Source of the DNA: Escherichia phage vB_EcoP_PhAPEC7
Length of the DNA stretch: 64,000 nucleotides
Strand: one strand, 5' to 3'
Sequence record: NC_024790.1
In this document: piece by piece, positions 37,801-46,022 of the stretch
Numbering within the stretch: the first letter of the stretch is position 1
Layout: every line of letters starts with the position of its first letter
Made by a program: the position numbers and the translations under genes
Notes under the pieces: model-generated
What the model was told of the DNA's origin: nothing
The model's database searches: none
The model's input: only the letters and a program-made list of their open reading frames with translations

Positions 37801-39234
37801 TGTAGCTTTTGCTAATGTTTTACCAACCAGAGAAGCACCAGCCAGAGTAGTACGAAGAGTAGGACCAGCAGCAGCACCGGCAGCTTTAACAGTTGCACCA
37901 GGAGCCTGAGCAACACCAGCACTACCGAAGCCATAGAGTGCACCCAGACCTGCTTGCTCACCGACTCCCTTGAGGGTATCTCGGGATGCATCAACATTCT
38001 CTTTGATTGCAGTGTTTTGTGCGAACTGACCAAAGCCTGACTGAATACCTTCCTCTACAGTTTCACGCAGCATATTAGAACCAGCACCAGCCAGTGAACC
38101 TACCTTAAGTGGGTTAAGTTCAAATCGAGATACCAGTGGACCGGTAGCAGCAGCAACTGGAGCAGTTAAGCCAGCAGCAGTAATACCTGTTTCAGATGCA
38201 GTCTGACGACGTGCTTCATCAGGAGATAAACCATCAGCAATATGTTGTTGGTAAACAGGAGACTTACTTGCCAGTTCTTGATGGGACATCTTCATGATTT
38301 CAGAAGCAGTCTGTTGGTATGCACCACCAGCTTCCATGCCACCGATTGCAATAGCAGGTGCAACAACACGACCAGCAGACAATGCAACCTGTGCAGGGCG
38401 TGAACCTAATCCAGCAGCTAAGGTAATACCCTTAACAGCTTTATCACCACCTACCATTACTTTACCGAGTGCAGATACACCACGGATAAGTGGACCACCA
38501 GTAAAGAGGGAACCAACACCTTCACTAAGTCCGTCGGAAGCAGCCATACCATTATCAAGTGTATTAGCAACAGAATCGAAAGCATCACGACCAATACGAG
38601 ACAGGGAGGCAACCAAATCGCTCTCCCCGTTTTTGACATCTTGTTCATAGAGTTTCTGGTTCTTTTGAGCAGAAATCTGGTTCTGATTCTGAACAACTTT
38701 ACGAGTAGCATTCAGTGCATCAGATTGTAGATTGTGTACACCTTCATTCAACCAATCCATCCCGGAAGCAATGGATGCCCCGGCATTATCATTGACCAGA
38801 CCTGTGCCAAGAGCAGCAATGCCCCCAAGGGTATTAGCAACACCAAGACCAACACCAGAAAGAGTATCGCCAAATGCTTCTGCGTTAGTACGTTGTTTAG
38901 ATAAGTCCTGACGTACAACATCAGCAGCATTAGCTCGGCTATTAAGAATTTGTAGACCTTGCTCATTACCGTATTTATTAATGATTTCTAATGGGGAGGC
39001 TTGAGTGAAATCTGCCTGAAGTGAACCTGGTTCGAATGCACCGATTCCAAGATTACCTACTCGTCCAGTCTGGAGATTGTAAGCGTTCTCTGGGGTTAAT
39101 TGGAAAGGGCTTTGCCCTTGTGCAGCTTGCTTCTGGGAGGTTGCAGTAGAGACATCGACTTGCTTAGCATTAGTGATGCTGTCTGCGAAACCTGCCAGAC
39201 GGTCAAATGTTGACATAGCATGTTTCCTGTTCAA
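28864..39234 (-). CDS. Virion-encapsidated RNA polymerase (N4 gp50-like, 3456 aa)
   Basis: Giant ORF of N4 vRNAP size at the start of the late block. Contains a T7-like single-subunit RNAP motif B, R-x3-K-x7-YG (RGIAKNPLTITIYGSG, encoded at about 34283-34330), and a motif A-like YVEADGVTNGP. Confidence 0.85.
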   Translation of the reverse strand: MNRKHAMSTFDRLAGFADSITNAKQVDVSTATSQKQAAQGQSPFQLTPENAYNLQTGRVGNLGIGAFEPGSLQADFTQASPLEIINKYGNEQGLQILNSRANAADVVRQDLSKQRTNAEAFGDTLSGVGLGVANTLGGIAALGTGLVNDNAGASIASGMDWLNEGVHNLQSDALNATRKVVQNQNQISAQKNQKLYEQDVKNGESDLVASLSRIGRDAFDSVANTLDNGMAASDGLSEGVGSLFTGGPLIRGVSALGKVMVGGDKAVKGITLAAGLGSRPAQVALSAGRVVAPAIAIGGMEAGGAYQQTASEIMKMSHQELASKSPVYQQHIADGLSPDEARRQTASETGITAAGLTAPVAAATGPLVSRFELNPLKVGSLAGAGSNMLRETVEEGIQSGFGQFAQNTAIKENVDASRDTLKGVGEQAGLGALYGFGSAGVAQAPGATVKAAGAAAGPTLRTTLAGASLVGKTLAKATSPLTNILVQRGEEVAKRNEQASPVADATVNAAAQEAAAQAEQAQATVQEAVDAMDITPEEKAAATQYAADLTQAMKFDPVELEQVNPVIREAVSGSTNRVEAIQKMADLVNTAEDPNVQMEAAIQMYDNIMSMDNFINRDPGALANLEQGSPAAAIVDQFSGLMANVQNTPKVLRAFRAIHSMIQEQAEAGKLKATEEANQAQANNIAMAADVSPEVLDADSVNMVLKHASEGKITLGNRQRAALQSAAALLQGAREFDAKAEELGLRPQDIVSKQIKTDESRSNEGQYSALQHAKRIRSAYNSGNFDLASAYLSDFMKFAQHMQNKVGALNEHLISGNADKNKSVHYQALSPSREWVRSRTGLGVNPYDTKSVKFAQQVGLEAKTVADIANALATAYPELNVSHVKVTSLDSRLNKPVAQVVKEFRQGGLDATQSQQTNEPVNQVDETPAPVQEDTTTVQPKAKPVVENKTAPTKETSPKAEEVSTTKPETVEATLTNEDTIQEVAETKTEMETVFPVYNNEKTPNQFLKAFTLPEEPKSRTIGSESPLADIKQALSSAARFEAFTQKENNALTSDVMKRYQDLMDFGETLKTTLSERLVKFLANKNVGKRFAEGTEANRWVGGKLLNIVERDGDTFKFNDQLLETAVLAGLQWRLTATQNAAIKDMKDVAAITGVEASLLPEGILAEFENAQTLVEATNSLAQKIESYWGLNRNPNAPLGYTKGIPMAMATEILSSLIEMGEVKESMLDVSEIDPDSNKTVGLYTIEKLDDNDAINKFPTAIEEAVLLEPEEKMYFGDDIPSVAQTQLRNPAVKNTPEQKAALKAEQATEFRVHMPMVNFYEALGRDNILELMGAGSLNPELLNMNTAKSLEGKNLSVSMAYDSLFGVISQIREQENGLDTPIHYGYNMTRVGRMQMLGKNNPQSSKLVREAILPTFSTIDLSNENSQAVSDFQLGLAQALGIKVHNMSREAMSEKLTKALEGNLKPAVDMMVEFDKSGHLPADAVDILKTSLGGDKSFVALMALMEYARYLNSDDRANFTTPLYVEADGVTNGPINAMVLMTGGKFTPDWIKNTAKGGLFFGKAGKTMNEHRSQDDSVDLYEASTNGLQQALNELRTTYRNNVPVMSQMNHLQKLMDLFIKDFNLNEDGTLDLKRGIAKNPLTITIYGSGARGIAGKMVSAITDTIYERFSDVLQARAADPSISPAMAMFGKEAASEADAQAMLDTFLTSMEALTGNVPVMRKGELSIQQVDGALTGKLDPQKFTVSGNALKNLQENMLHLFVEPMRTGIRNTVGEGLMHSTENLQKATQIQSLVLQDMFQQAVQTKLAEKEKDPTWKKGDFLTQKELNEIQESLSPLAPMIETGSQTFYIAGSENTDVANQVLATNLDDRMRVPMSIYAPSQAGVAGIPFMTIGTGDGMMMQTLSTMKGAPKNTLKIFDGMNIGINDITDASRKANEAVYTSWQGNPIKNVYDSYAKFMKNVDFSKLSDETKQAIAKSALEYDQREGATDDLLRAGAEQIERNLRNIALGVDIRHKVMNQVQTTVDQMAAVGAPYVNNGKISLEGLTVDQQVAKLNELFDAELNKRRNAVRAAKAEPVKEVPAMEQVGRVLKSGVRLLSNTAISKLAKEMTPEQQAVLKEVQKSLAAKDYKVVYGTPAQLDAYAIEKNITRPAPKDIEAAEAGNAYGWTNFDDKTIYLVTSSLETLVHELVHASTFESVLAHYEGTPNEAIQNIEDLMNQFRTLDVKNESPAVREAYADALNTINGHLSNGFIEPAMAKAAALNEYMAWGLTNRELIGKQKKTTALKTMVQSVYEAIKRLVFGRKKAPANADDMFSGLLFNSSVVMRGQAPTAAVSKDTTLFHNKAYGDNTRLEELGQTFDKLIINYIGSEPVQQVIRKGKFSDAVVNATKVTRDVQAHGFTMNMQEQRLFTNIVAALATEAAISPAALSRAQEYYAHVTKNLTVESFMADPDSTNPADRYYAQQKFDTIMGANNIEFDAQGRSSLLPTFVGLAMVSEEVRNVLANIPVMKADKKSGNTVDAMLTNIGTAAMSSLNARVAGDTKATNVQEGMDALAQTIMQTSLNAQSFYDSVATPSGNAIDRANQYLVDSIDALSTRALESAREVAANTKNPLVKGAAHAAQLVAAIATEKNGAIVAEGVMAAMNQGKVWQPFHDLINDLTGRTKSNASVYDLIKAVRAQVQADRQQFREHLPTTIASKFSRKLTNDEWKAMHTGMGKTDLAVLRDTMSLAEIRDLLSDQKIVDREVNKLEADLQKQAGRNWPLINRKSKQLAQYMINGTVGNNLLRNATAISRMLGERQAARSTVDVAQLDKLITLYALEAMNKSDREMLSSLAQTEVDGMDFATSYLVGQRKDEMAKAKSDMRATLNQYKGHIPSENKQGVNLIVAEDNQFADLIEKSYVRLGTYQGSSANRGPARSYYFAPVQAQAPFSQGILQNVRDTAGGVDLGTGFTMGSMVAGRITDKPSVDRITKALARGERGNEPLLPVYDDKGNVVAYEQSIDPNMLKHIEGENHLARAIGIWRGRQVEEAKAQRFNDMLIENLHSMYENDIKMSASNKSQYVNLLGSKLDPVTADALKLMNSETRQKAESLFGEGELWVRRDMLNDALGYRAASVGDAWSGNSRWSPETLDTFKKAMLGVFGNRAYKYTMGGENLVQNLVKEAKTLIVVKSVVVPAVNFLANLYQMVARGVPVKNIAKSIPQKTAEINQYLKSRLRQVDAEAELRAATNPNQIRKLKAEIQSITDSHKRMSIWPLLEAGEFSSIADAGIGRDDILITEGKLHEYMEKLADKLPKSVRTAGRYALITKDTALFQGIQKTVEYSDFIAKAIIYDELTQRKGKTREEALGRVTEEFINYDRLPGRFRGYMESVGLMWFYNFKIRSAKVAVSMIRNNPVHAAMAMLAPTPTMFGNVGLPIQDNIFSIAAKGGLDYSWGFGQGLRAHNLNPWMNLVN

Positions 39235-39282
39235 ACTTATATCGTATATAGGTAACTTACTCTACAGTAAGCCAGTTAAAGA

Positions 39283-39304
39283 AAAAAGCCCCGTAGGGCT
39301 TTTA
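39283..39304 (-). terminator. Minus-strand rho-independent terminator just upstream of the vRNAP gene
   Basis: On the minus strand: hairpin AGCCC-tacg-GGGCT followed by TTTTTTC; between the upstream stop at 39311 and the vRNAP start at 39234. Confidence 0.5.
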
Positions 39305-39310
39305 TTAGTA

Positions 39311-41275
39311 TTACCGATTTTGTCTTGGTTGCATATACTCAGGCAGTCCTTGTGCCTGACGAAGGTATCGTTCAGCACGCTCCTTGTTTTCTTTCTCAAC
39401 TGCCCGGTCTACAGAGGCCTGAGATTGAAAGTTACGTGGAGCCAGGTTAGTTGGGTCAGTCTGTACTTGTGCCTGTGCAGCTTGGAGCATTGCAGCAGCT
39501 TTAGTAACAGCCTCCTGTCGTGCAGGTAACAATGCAGTAAGACCAGTTTGTCCGGTGTTAATCTTATTCTGAGTATTTGTCAGTGCAGCTACGGCAGCAT
39601 CATATGCAGTCTGTGCTGCTTGAATATTCTGCATAGCCTGAGCACGACCAAGGTTACGTACACTACCCTCCAGTGGTTCTCCCCGTTTCACACCCTCAAT
39701 TAACTGTTCTACCTGACGGTCATTAAGACGCATACCATTACCGGCTTCATTGGTAATGAATGGGTTAACTGCATCAATAGCACGACTAATATAACCCTCC
39801 GGTACACCAGTCTGTGCACGTTGCATAACAGCAGCAGCCATAGCTGGCGACATATTCCCACGTTGGGAAATATCGTTCAGTCGGTTCAGTACCCAGTTAC
39901 GGTCAGCACCTTTAAAATCACCTTCCAGCAGACGGTTAGCAATCTCGCCTACTGGGGTATTATCAGTGACTGTACCAAGGAAGTCAGTATTAAGACTACC
40001 GGTATTATCCTGCATAGAACGTGTGCCAATCATACCCTGAGCCAGAGTAGATACTGCCTGATTACCTTGGTTATTCTGAACCATAGCGAGTGGGTCAGCC
40101 CCTACTTCAGCTTGGGCAATAACAGGTTTAATCTGTTCCCAAGTCATATCCTTATAAGCACCTGGGGTAGAGTTAGGCAGAGCAGCCCAGGTATCTTTAA
40201 GGTTGCCATTCTTACGAGCCTCGAAGATAGCCTTACCAATCTTATCCTGGTTCTCAGGAGAAAGAGGCTGGCTTTGCCAGTCTGAACCAAGAACTTTGGG
40301 AGCGAAATCTTTCAGAGTAGCTTGGTTAATCTGGAATGCCCCAACAGGCGAAGCACCTTGGTTCGTCTTCATACCATCCTGGTGTTTAATTACATCACCA
40401 ATACTCATTTGAGTAATAGGAGTAGATGTACCAGCAAACTGGTAGGTAACATCGTAAGGGGAACCCTGTCGTGTACCAGCAGTACCCGGAGCAGACGTAG
40501 CACCAACATTATTACCGTAAACACCCGGGTATGCTCGTGCAAGCATTTCCTGCAAACGTGCCTGTGCAACCGGGGACAGGTTCTTACTATATGCTTCTGC
40601 CAACAGACGGGCATCATTAGGGTTCTCAGCACCACGAGTAATCTGTGACATTACGCCCATAGCTGCCTGACTATCGGCATCATTACGCTGAGCAACACCC
40701 AAATCAAAACGGTTCTGTGCCTGATTAATAGCCTGACCACCTTGGCCTTGAAGACGACCCAGCATGTCCAATTGCTGGTCAGCAGGGAGTGCAGACAGTG
40801 CATCACGGGTCTGACTTAATGCAGCATTAATACGGTTCTGGTCACCGGACTGATAAGCCTCAGACAGTAAACGAATAGCTGGGGAAGCATTATCTAATGC
40901 AGTGTTAGTATCCTGTAAACGACCAAAGCGATATGCATTGTAGTCATTGGTTCCCTGCTGTCCTTGTTGCGTCAGTAATGTACCTGCTCGCTCATCCAGA
41001 TTCTGGAGAGTACGCTGATTTACCAGTGAAGGATCAACCCCCTGAAACAGTGCACCAGATGCCAAAGCATTACGGTATTCATTCGGGTCTTGGTACTGCA
41101 TAGCATTCATCATGACGGCATTGCCAGCCTCCTGCTTGGCAGCGTTCTGGAAATTACCCAGTGCATCACTTAAGCCGGAGGTGGCGTTACCAATCATGCT
41201 GCCAAATGTGCGAATGCTGTCACCTACTCCAGAGAAGTTAGGTGCATCAACATTACGCCATGTAATTTGAGCCAT
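39311..41275 (-). CDS. Virion structural protein (N4 gp51/52-like by position)
   Basis: 654 aa, Gln/Asn/Ala-rich; synteny only. Confidence 0.4.
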   Translation of the reverse strand: MAQITWRNVDAPNFSGVGDSIRTFGSMIGNATSGLSDALGNFQNAAKQEAGNAVMMNAMQYQDPNEYRNALASGALFQGVDPSLVNQRTLQNLDERAGTLLTQQGQQGTNDYNAYRFGRLQDTNTALDNASPAIRLLSEAYQSGDQNRINAALSQTRDALSALPADQQLDMLGRLQGQGGQAINQAQNRFDLGVAQRNDADSQAAMGVMSQITRGAENPNDARLLAEAYSKNLSPVAQARLQEMLARAYPGVYGNNVGATSAPGTAGTRQGSPYDVTYQFAGTSTPITQMSIGDVIKHQDGMKTNQGASPVGAFQINQATLKDFAPKVLGSDWQSQPLSPENQDKIGKAIFEARKNGNLKDTWAALPNSTPGAYKDMTWEQIKPVIAQAEVGADPLAMVQNNQGNQAVSTLAQGMIGTRSMQDNTGSLNTDFLGTVTDNTPVGEIANRLLEGDFKGADRNWVLNRLNDISQRGNMSPAMAAAVMQRAQTGVPEGYISRAIDAVNPFITNEAGNGMRLNDRQVEQLIEGVKRGEPLEGSVRNLGRAQAMQNIQAAQTAYDAAVAALTNTQNKINTGQTGLTALLPARQEAVTKAAAMLQAAQAQVQTDPTNLAPRNFQSQASVDRAVEKENKERAERYLRQAQGLPEYMQPRQNR

Positions 41276-41287
41276 GATGGGTTCCTA

Positions 41288-41752
41288 TTAACGAGTTAGT
41301 TCATTAGCTGCAATGTAAGCATCAGCCGAAGACTGGTCACGATTCTCTGCTGTAGCACGACTACGAGCACGGTCTTCCAGTGCAGTGTTATAAGACTTAA
41401 TCTGGTTATTCAGGTTAGTGTTAGTAACACTCTTAGTGAAGTTCAACTGGTCTTTGGCTAACTTGTTAGCCTGGAAACCACCGTAGATATTCGCTAAGGA
41501 ACCAATTGCACCAAGTCCTAGTTGGAAAGTAGGTACGTTCATACCCAACTGATTAGCTGAACCAGATAAGAAGGAAGTTGGGGAAGCCACTCCTGTACCT
41601 GCATTCATACCAATAGCTGCACCTGGGTTATAGTTCATAGCTGGGGTATTAAAGTTCTGATTGTTATTAGACATCCAAGACATAGCAGCTGGCTGTGGGG
41701 TTTGGTTGCCTGTTAAGAATGACAAATCCATGGGGATTCTCCTGTTAAACAA
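41288..41752 (-). CDS. Hypothetical virion protein
   Basis: 154-aa ORF in the structural block. Confidence 0.35.
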   Translation of the reverse strand: MFNRRIPMDLSFLTGNQTPQPAAMSWMSNNNQNFNTPAMNYNPGAAIGMNAGTGVASPTSFLSGSANQLGMNVPTFQLGLGAIGSLANIYGGFQANKLAKDQLNFTKSVTNTNLNNQIKSYNTALEDRARSRATAENRDQSSADAYIAANELTR

Positions 41753-44399
41753 GGTCAGTATTAAGAGTCATATCAGAGTAGCTGCCAACCATGTTTAAAG
41801 ACATGTCAGCTATATCCGAACCAGTCATGAGAGTACGTGATAGAAATGAATCCATCGACTCCATTGACACAAATTGCATAGGGTCAATTACACCCTGTCC
41901 AGCAGTACCAAACATTTCTTCATACTGCTTATTGATTGCCATCATATCAGTATTGTACTGCTGCATTACATTCTCTGCTTTCTGAATAGTAGCAGCCGTA
42001 GATGCATTAATATACTGGCTAATACCATTACCTACTGAACTGGTAAGCTGCATGATGTTCTGAGCATTCATCATTTCACCAACTAAAGTAGACATAGATG
42101 CACCTGTAGACATGGCAGTACCAACGTTCATGGCCACCATTGAAGCAATAGCAGCAATGATAAAACCTAGCTTATCACCAAACAGTGAAGTGGATACTTT
42201 AGTGATAATAGATACCAGAATCATTGCAGCAATGGCGTTTGCTACAGCACCCACTATTACAGCAGCTAACCCAACAAAGCCAAGCGATGCACCAACTGCA
42301 CCGTATGCCCCAAGGATACCTGCACCACCAGCACCCATAGTGAATACGGATACAACAACAGCAACTACAACAACCACAATCTTAAAGGCAGACGATGTAT
42401 ACCACTTCTGTTTAACCTTCTTATATGAGTTCATCACTAAGTAGGAACAGGCAGTAGACAGCTGTGTACTACGAGTCAGTGACATTGAACGGTAGATGTT
42501 AGTGTGTAGTGGAATAATGAATCCACTCTCCTCTGCATCACCCATTGCTTCGGCAACATCAATGTTTACTGACTTATTTTTATATACCCTGTTGTTGTGG
42601 TTTAGCCCCAGTACCCTAAGTTTACGGTAGGTGTTGTTACCATCCTGCCAAAGCAACTCATACTCCTGCATAGAGTAAAACGTAGTAGTAACTTCCAGTT
42701 TCTTAGTCGAACCAGAGTTACTGGCAGTACGTATGTTCTTACGGGTAAGAGTTATATCTCCTGCATACCTGGCTCGAAGTTGTCCTTGTTTAGCACCAGT
42801 CCATGCTTCACCGGAATGAGTAGTTTCAGACACATAGTTCCAACCAATGGTCATGTCGTATTTGTACTGCTTATTACTATGTACCCTAAACTCTCGCTTA
42901 GGTATAACGGGGTATTCTGGCAAGGGTGGAGGTGTTCCAACAGTTTGACCTTCATGCCTGTTCCACCATTCTACGTATGCATCGACTGCATCATTTGCTG
43001 CCTGATAACCTGCAATCACTGCTTCCAGTGTGGGGTAGGTTGGGTCAGGTGGGAATGCTTCAGTAGCCATTTGAAAGAAACGGTAGATGTATTCCTTAGC
43101 AGTATCTTCCGGAGTATTAAGAGATACACCGAATGTGCCATAGATGTACTGAATATCACCTATGTCCTCATTCTTCTTAAGCTCGGTTACTACTTTATCA
43201 AGTTTACCGCCTGTAGCTTTATAGAGTGCTTTCTTACAGTGGGGGTAGATTGGGTCATTCTCCACCCATTGTTTATCATTCCTGATTGGAATGAAGGGGT
43301 AAAATCGGTTATCAGTAGCTTCAGTCTCAAACAGTGAATCGAGTGCAACGTTGCCTGAGTTCTGCTTATAGATAAGCATCTTAGGTGTACCAACAGCAGT
43401 CATCTCAGTATCCGTACGAGTAGTCTGAGATGAGTACTTACGAACCAGTGTCTCTGTAGTTGTGGTGATTGTATCTGTGCGAGTAACACCACCACCTAAA
43501 TCAACAACATTGGTTGTTACAGTAGTACTGGATTGAATCTCACCAAACTTTGTATGAGTCATTACCCTATCAGATATAACTACAGTTATATCATCTGGTT
43601 TCTCAGTGAATCCTCTGCGATAAACCTTAACGTAGGAGTTCCAGTTATCCACACTTGGTTCAGTAACAGTGCTGTCTTCATCCGGTCTACCATCAGAGTA
43701 AACAGAATGAGTCTGTATAGTCTTAGTAAGATTGGCTGTATTAGCTGTCGTATCACTTGAGATGGTAGTCCACAACAAAGTAGATGGTAAGTCATCTTCA
43801 TCATCGTAGACAGTAATCGGCCCTACTACAGGTGGGTTGGTAGTAGGGGACTTATAGAATGAGTAATCAGCATAGAGATACAAAGCACCTGGTTCAAAGT
43901 TAGTAGGTGTGAATGTAATGGTAGAACCTCCATCCAGGGAGGTCATAGTAATTTCATTGGTATCTTCATCAATGTCTACGTCGAATCGTTCCATGATTCG
44001 ACTTGGGGCATTCTCATAAAGATACTGGTCACACCATTGCTCAAAGTCAGCAAAGCCAATCTCTGCTGCCTGAACATAGACAGATTCCCCAGCAGGTGGG
44101 GTAATTTGACCCTCTATAACAGTAGGGTCAATCTTAGCCAGTACACCTAAAGAAGAACCAGCCATACCAACTTCTGAGTCATAGTGGTTCTTACTCCAGC
44201 TGGAGAACAGTCGCATACGAATACCCGGCCCATTCAGATAACTATCGGAGATAGTGTCTGCCATAGTGAATCCTGTATCAGCAACAATCTTACCGATGAC
44301 TACAGTCTTCATATAGTTTGGACGTTTGTGTATATCCCCTGCCATGTTATAGACAGAGGATGCTACGTATACTTTGGTCTTCCCACTGAATAAGCCCAT
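41745..44399 (-). CDS. Large virion protein with C-terminal multi-pass membrane segment
   Basis: 884 aa; C-terminal third has several Gly/Ala/Val-rich hydrophobic helices (KIVVVVVAVVVSVFTMGAGGAGILGAYGAVGASLGFVGLAAVIVGAV...). Confidence 0.4.
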   Translation of the reverse strand: MGLFSGKTKVYVASSVYNMAGDIHKRPNYMKTVVIGKIVADTGFTMADTISDSYLNGPGIRMRLFSSWSKNHYDSEVGMAGSSLGVLAKIDPTVIEGQITPPAGESVYVQAAEIGFADFEQWCDQYLYENAPSRIMERFDVDIDEDTNEITMTSLDGGSTITFTPTNFEPGALYLYADYSFYKSPTTNPPVVGPITVYDDEDDLPSTLLWTTISSDTTANTANLTKTIQTHSVYSDGRPDEDSTVTEPSVDNWNSYVKVYRRGFTEKPDDITVVISDRVMTHTKFGEIQSSTTVTTNVVDLGGGVTRTDTITTTTETLVRKYSSQTTRTDTEMTAVGTPKMLIYKQNSGNVALDSLFETEATDNRFYPFIPIRNDKQWVENDPIYPHCKKALYKATGGKLDKVVTELKKNEDIGDIQYIYGTFGVSLNTPEDTAKEYIYRFFQMATEAFPPDPTYPTLEAVIAGYQAANDAVDAYVEWWNRHEGQTVGTPPPLPEYPVIPKREFRVHSNKQYKYDMTIGWNYVSETTHSGEAWTGAKQGQLRARYAGDITLTRKNIRTASNSGSTKKLEVTTTFYSMQEYELLWQDGNNTYRKLRVLGLNHNNRVYKNKSVNIDVAEAMGDAEESGFIIPLHTNIYRSMSLTRSTQLSTACSYLVMNSYKKVKQKWYTSSAFKIVVVVVAVVVSVFTMGAGGAGILGAYGAVGASLGFVGLAAVIVGAVANAIAAMILVSIITKVSTSLFGDKLGFIIAAIASMVAMNVGTAMSTGASMSTLVGEMMNAQNIMQLTSSVGNGISQYINASTAATIQKAENVMQQYNTDMMAINKQYEEMFGTAGQGVIDPMQFVSMESMDSFLSRTLMTGSDIADMSLNMVGSYSDMTLNTDLV

Positions 44400-44400
44400 A

Positions 44401-45243
44401 TTAGTTCAGCCCGTTGTTAGACTTCAGCTTGGTCAGAATGGTATCAATACTTGCATTAGTGAAACCATTAGGTGGGTTCAAGCCTTCATCAATAGTCTTC
44501 TGTGTAATCCATGCATCAGTAAACAGCTTAGATGCTTTAACTTCTGCATCACGTTGGTAAGAAGTAATCTGTTGAGAGTACAACTCTTTCTGCTTACCTA
44601 CGGAACCAGTAACAGTAGCTCCATCGCTTCGGGTATCCAGTGTCTGTGCACGCTGTGCTTCAGTCTGCTCAGTAATCAGTTTAAGCTGTTGAGGTAACAT
44701 CTGGTCAGCGTTAAACAATGCAGCACAGTATGTTTCAGACTCAGTAGCAATCTTCATCTTAGTGAGAGCATATTCACTCTTAGCAGACAGTGCCTGAATC
44801 TTAGCCAGTACAAACTGTGCCTTAGAGGTTGCCAGTTGAACACGTGCAGTAACTGCCTGAATCTGTGCCATAGCAGCAGCCCAGTATGCCTGGTCACGAC
44901 CAAGTAAGAACTGAACAGCATTACTCATGCATGATTCCATCATAGCAATGTATGCTTTGGTGTATTCACCACCGGTAATACGGTTAGCTTTAAACTCAGC
45001 TTTAAGGTGATTGTGTGCAGATTCCATTAATGCATCAAACGTACCACTACCACCTACTTCACGGGTAGTAAGTGATTCATTTGTTACTTTAGTAATAGCA
45101 TCAAAGATTGGGGAATTATCACCACCAGGGATATCCCATTCAGGACCAGACATATCAATGTCAGGGAGGGTAAAGTCATCACCCTTAGTTAACTCTTCTA
45201 GGAGTCGGTTAGCTTCTACCTCAGCAGAACAAGACATAATCAT
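44401..45243 (-). CDS. Hypothetical structural protein
   Basis: 280 aa, coiled-coil-like; synteny. Confidence 0.35.
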   Translation of the reverse strand: MIMSCSAEVEANRLLEELTKGDDFTLPDIDMSGPEWDIPGGDNSPIFDAITKVTNESLTTREVGGSGTFDALMESAHNHLKAEFKANRITGGEYTKAYIAMMESCMSNAVQFLLGRDQAYWAAAMAQIQAVTARVQLATSKAQFVLAKIQALSAKSEYALTKMKIATESETYCAALFNADQMLPQQLKLITEQTEAQRAQTLDTRSDGATVTGSVGKQKELYSQQITSYQRDAEVKASKLFTDAWITQKTIDEGLNPPNGFTNASIDTILTKLKSNNGLN

Positions 45244-45313
45244 TCCTCTTGGTTCAAAAAGAAACGGCCCACGGAGTTACCCCAGTGAGCCGTGTTGAAC
45301 TGTAGCTTATACG

Positions 45314-45955
45314 TTAATCGTTCAGGCTACCAGCAGCAATCTGTGCTTGAGCCAGTTGAGCCAATTCTGCTTCAGTCAGCGGAGGCAATACTTCAATGGA
45401 GAACTCGCGTGCTTCTGTTGCACGAATATCCGGTAAGCCATTCTTACCTTTACGAGTCGTAATGTTGATGAACTTACGCTCTTTAAGGAACTCGTAGATA
45501 CAGTACGGAATATGATAACCATTGTCAGTGACTTCACCGAATGGAACAAACTTACGTACAGTACCCATATATTCGTTAGCTACGGTGATAATCTCACCAG
45601 GCAGGTCTTTCTTCTTGGGGTCAAGGTTCTGGATACGTACACGAATCAGTCGAGTCTGTTCTGCACGAATCTTCTGACCCAGAGTCATTTTCTTAACACC
45701 TGCTTCTTGTTTTTCACCCAAAGGATTAACAGCAGCTTCTTTTACTTCTGGTTCATCTTTTGCTTGTGCAGCTTCAATCTTCTCACGAAGTTTCTCAACG
45801 GAGATGTTGTTAGAGAACTTAATATTCATCAATGTTGCACGTTGCTTAAGAACATCAAGTTCGCTAGGCATTGCAATATCGTTAACGGTATCTTCGTTGC
45901 CCTGTACGTCCAGTTCTACGTCAGTGGTCGGTTTATCGTTAATGCTCATGTTCAT
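45314..45955 (-). CDS. Hypothetical structural protein
   Basis: 213-aa ORF immediately upstream (in transcript order) of the capsid gene. Confidence 0.35.
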   Translation of the reverse strand: MNMSINDKPTTDVELDVQGNEDTVNDIAMPSELDVLKQRATLMNIKFSNNISVEKLREKIEAAQAKDEPEVKEAAVNPLGEKQEAGVKKMTLGQKIRAEQTRLIRVRIQNLDPKKKDLPGEIITVANEYMGTVRKFVPFGEVTDNGYHIPYCIYEFLKERKFINITTRKGKNGLPDIRATEAREFSIEVLPPLTEAELAQLAQAQIAAGSLND

Positions 45956-46022
45956 ATTTCCTGTGGTTCAACTAGTTTTATTAAGAGGGGGACTTATGTC
46001 CCCCTTGTTTTATTTAGGACTA

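Noticed and set aside
28864-39234. Numerous 60-170 aa ORFs on both strands inside the vRNAP gene (for example 32846..33367 and 36586..37002)
   Set aside because: All are nested within one continuous 3456-codon frame that contains polymerase motifs; they are frame or antisense artefacts.
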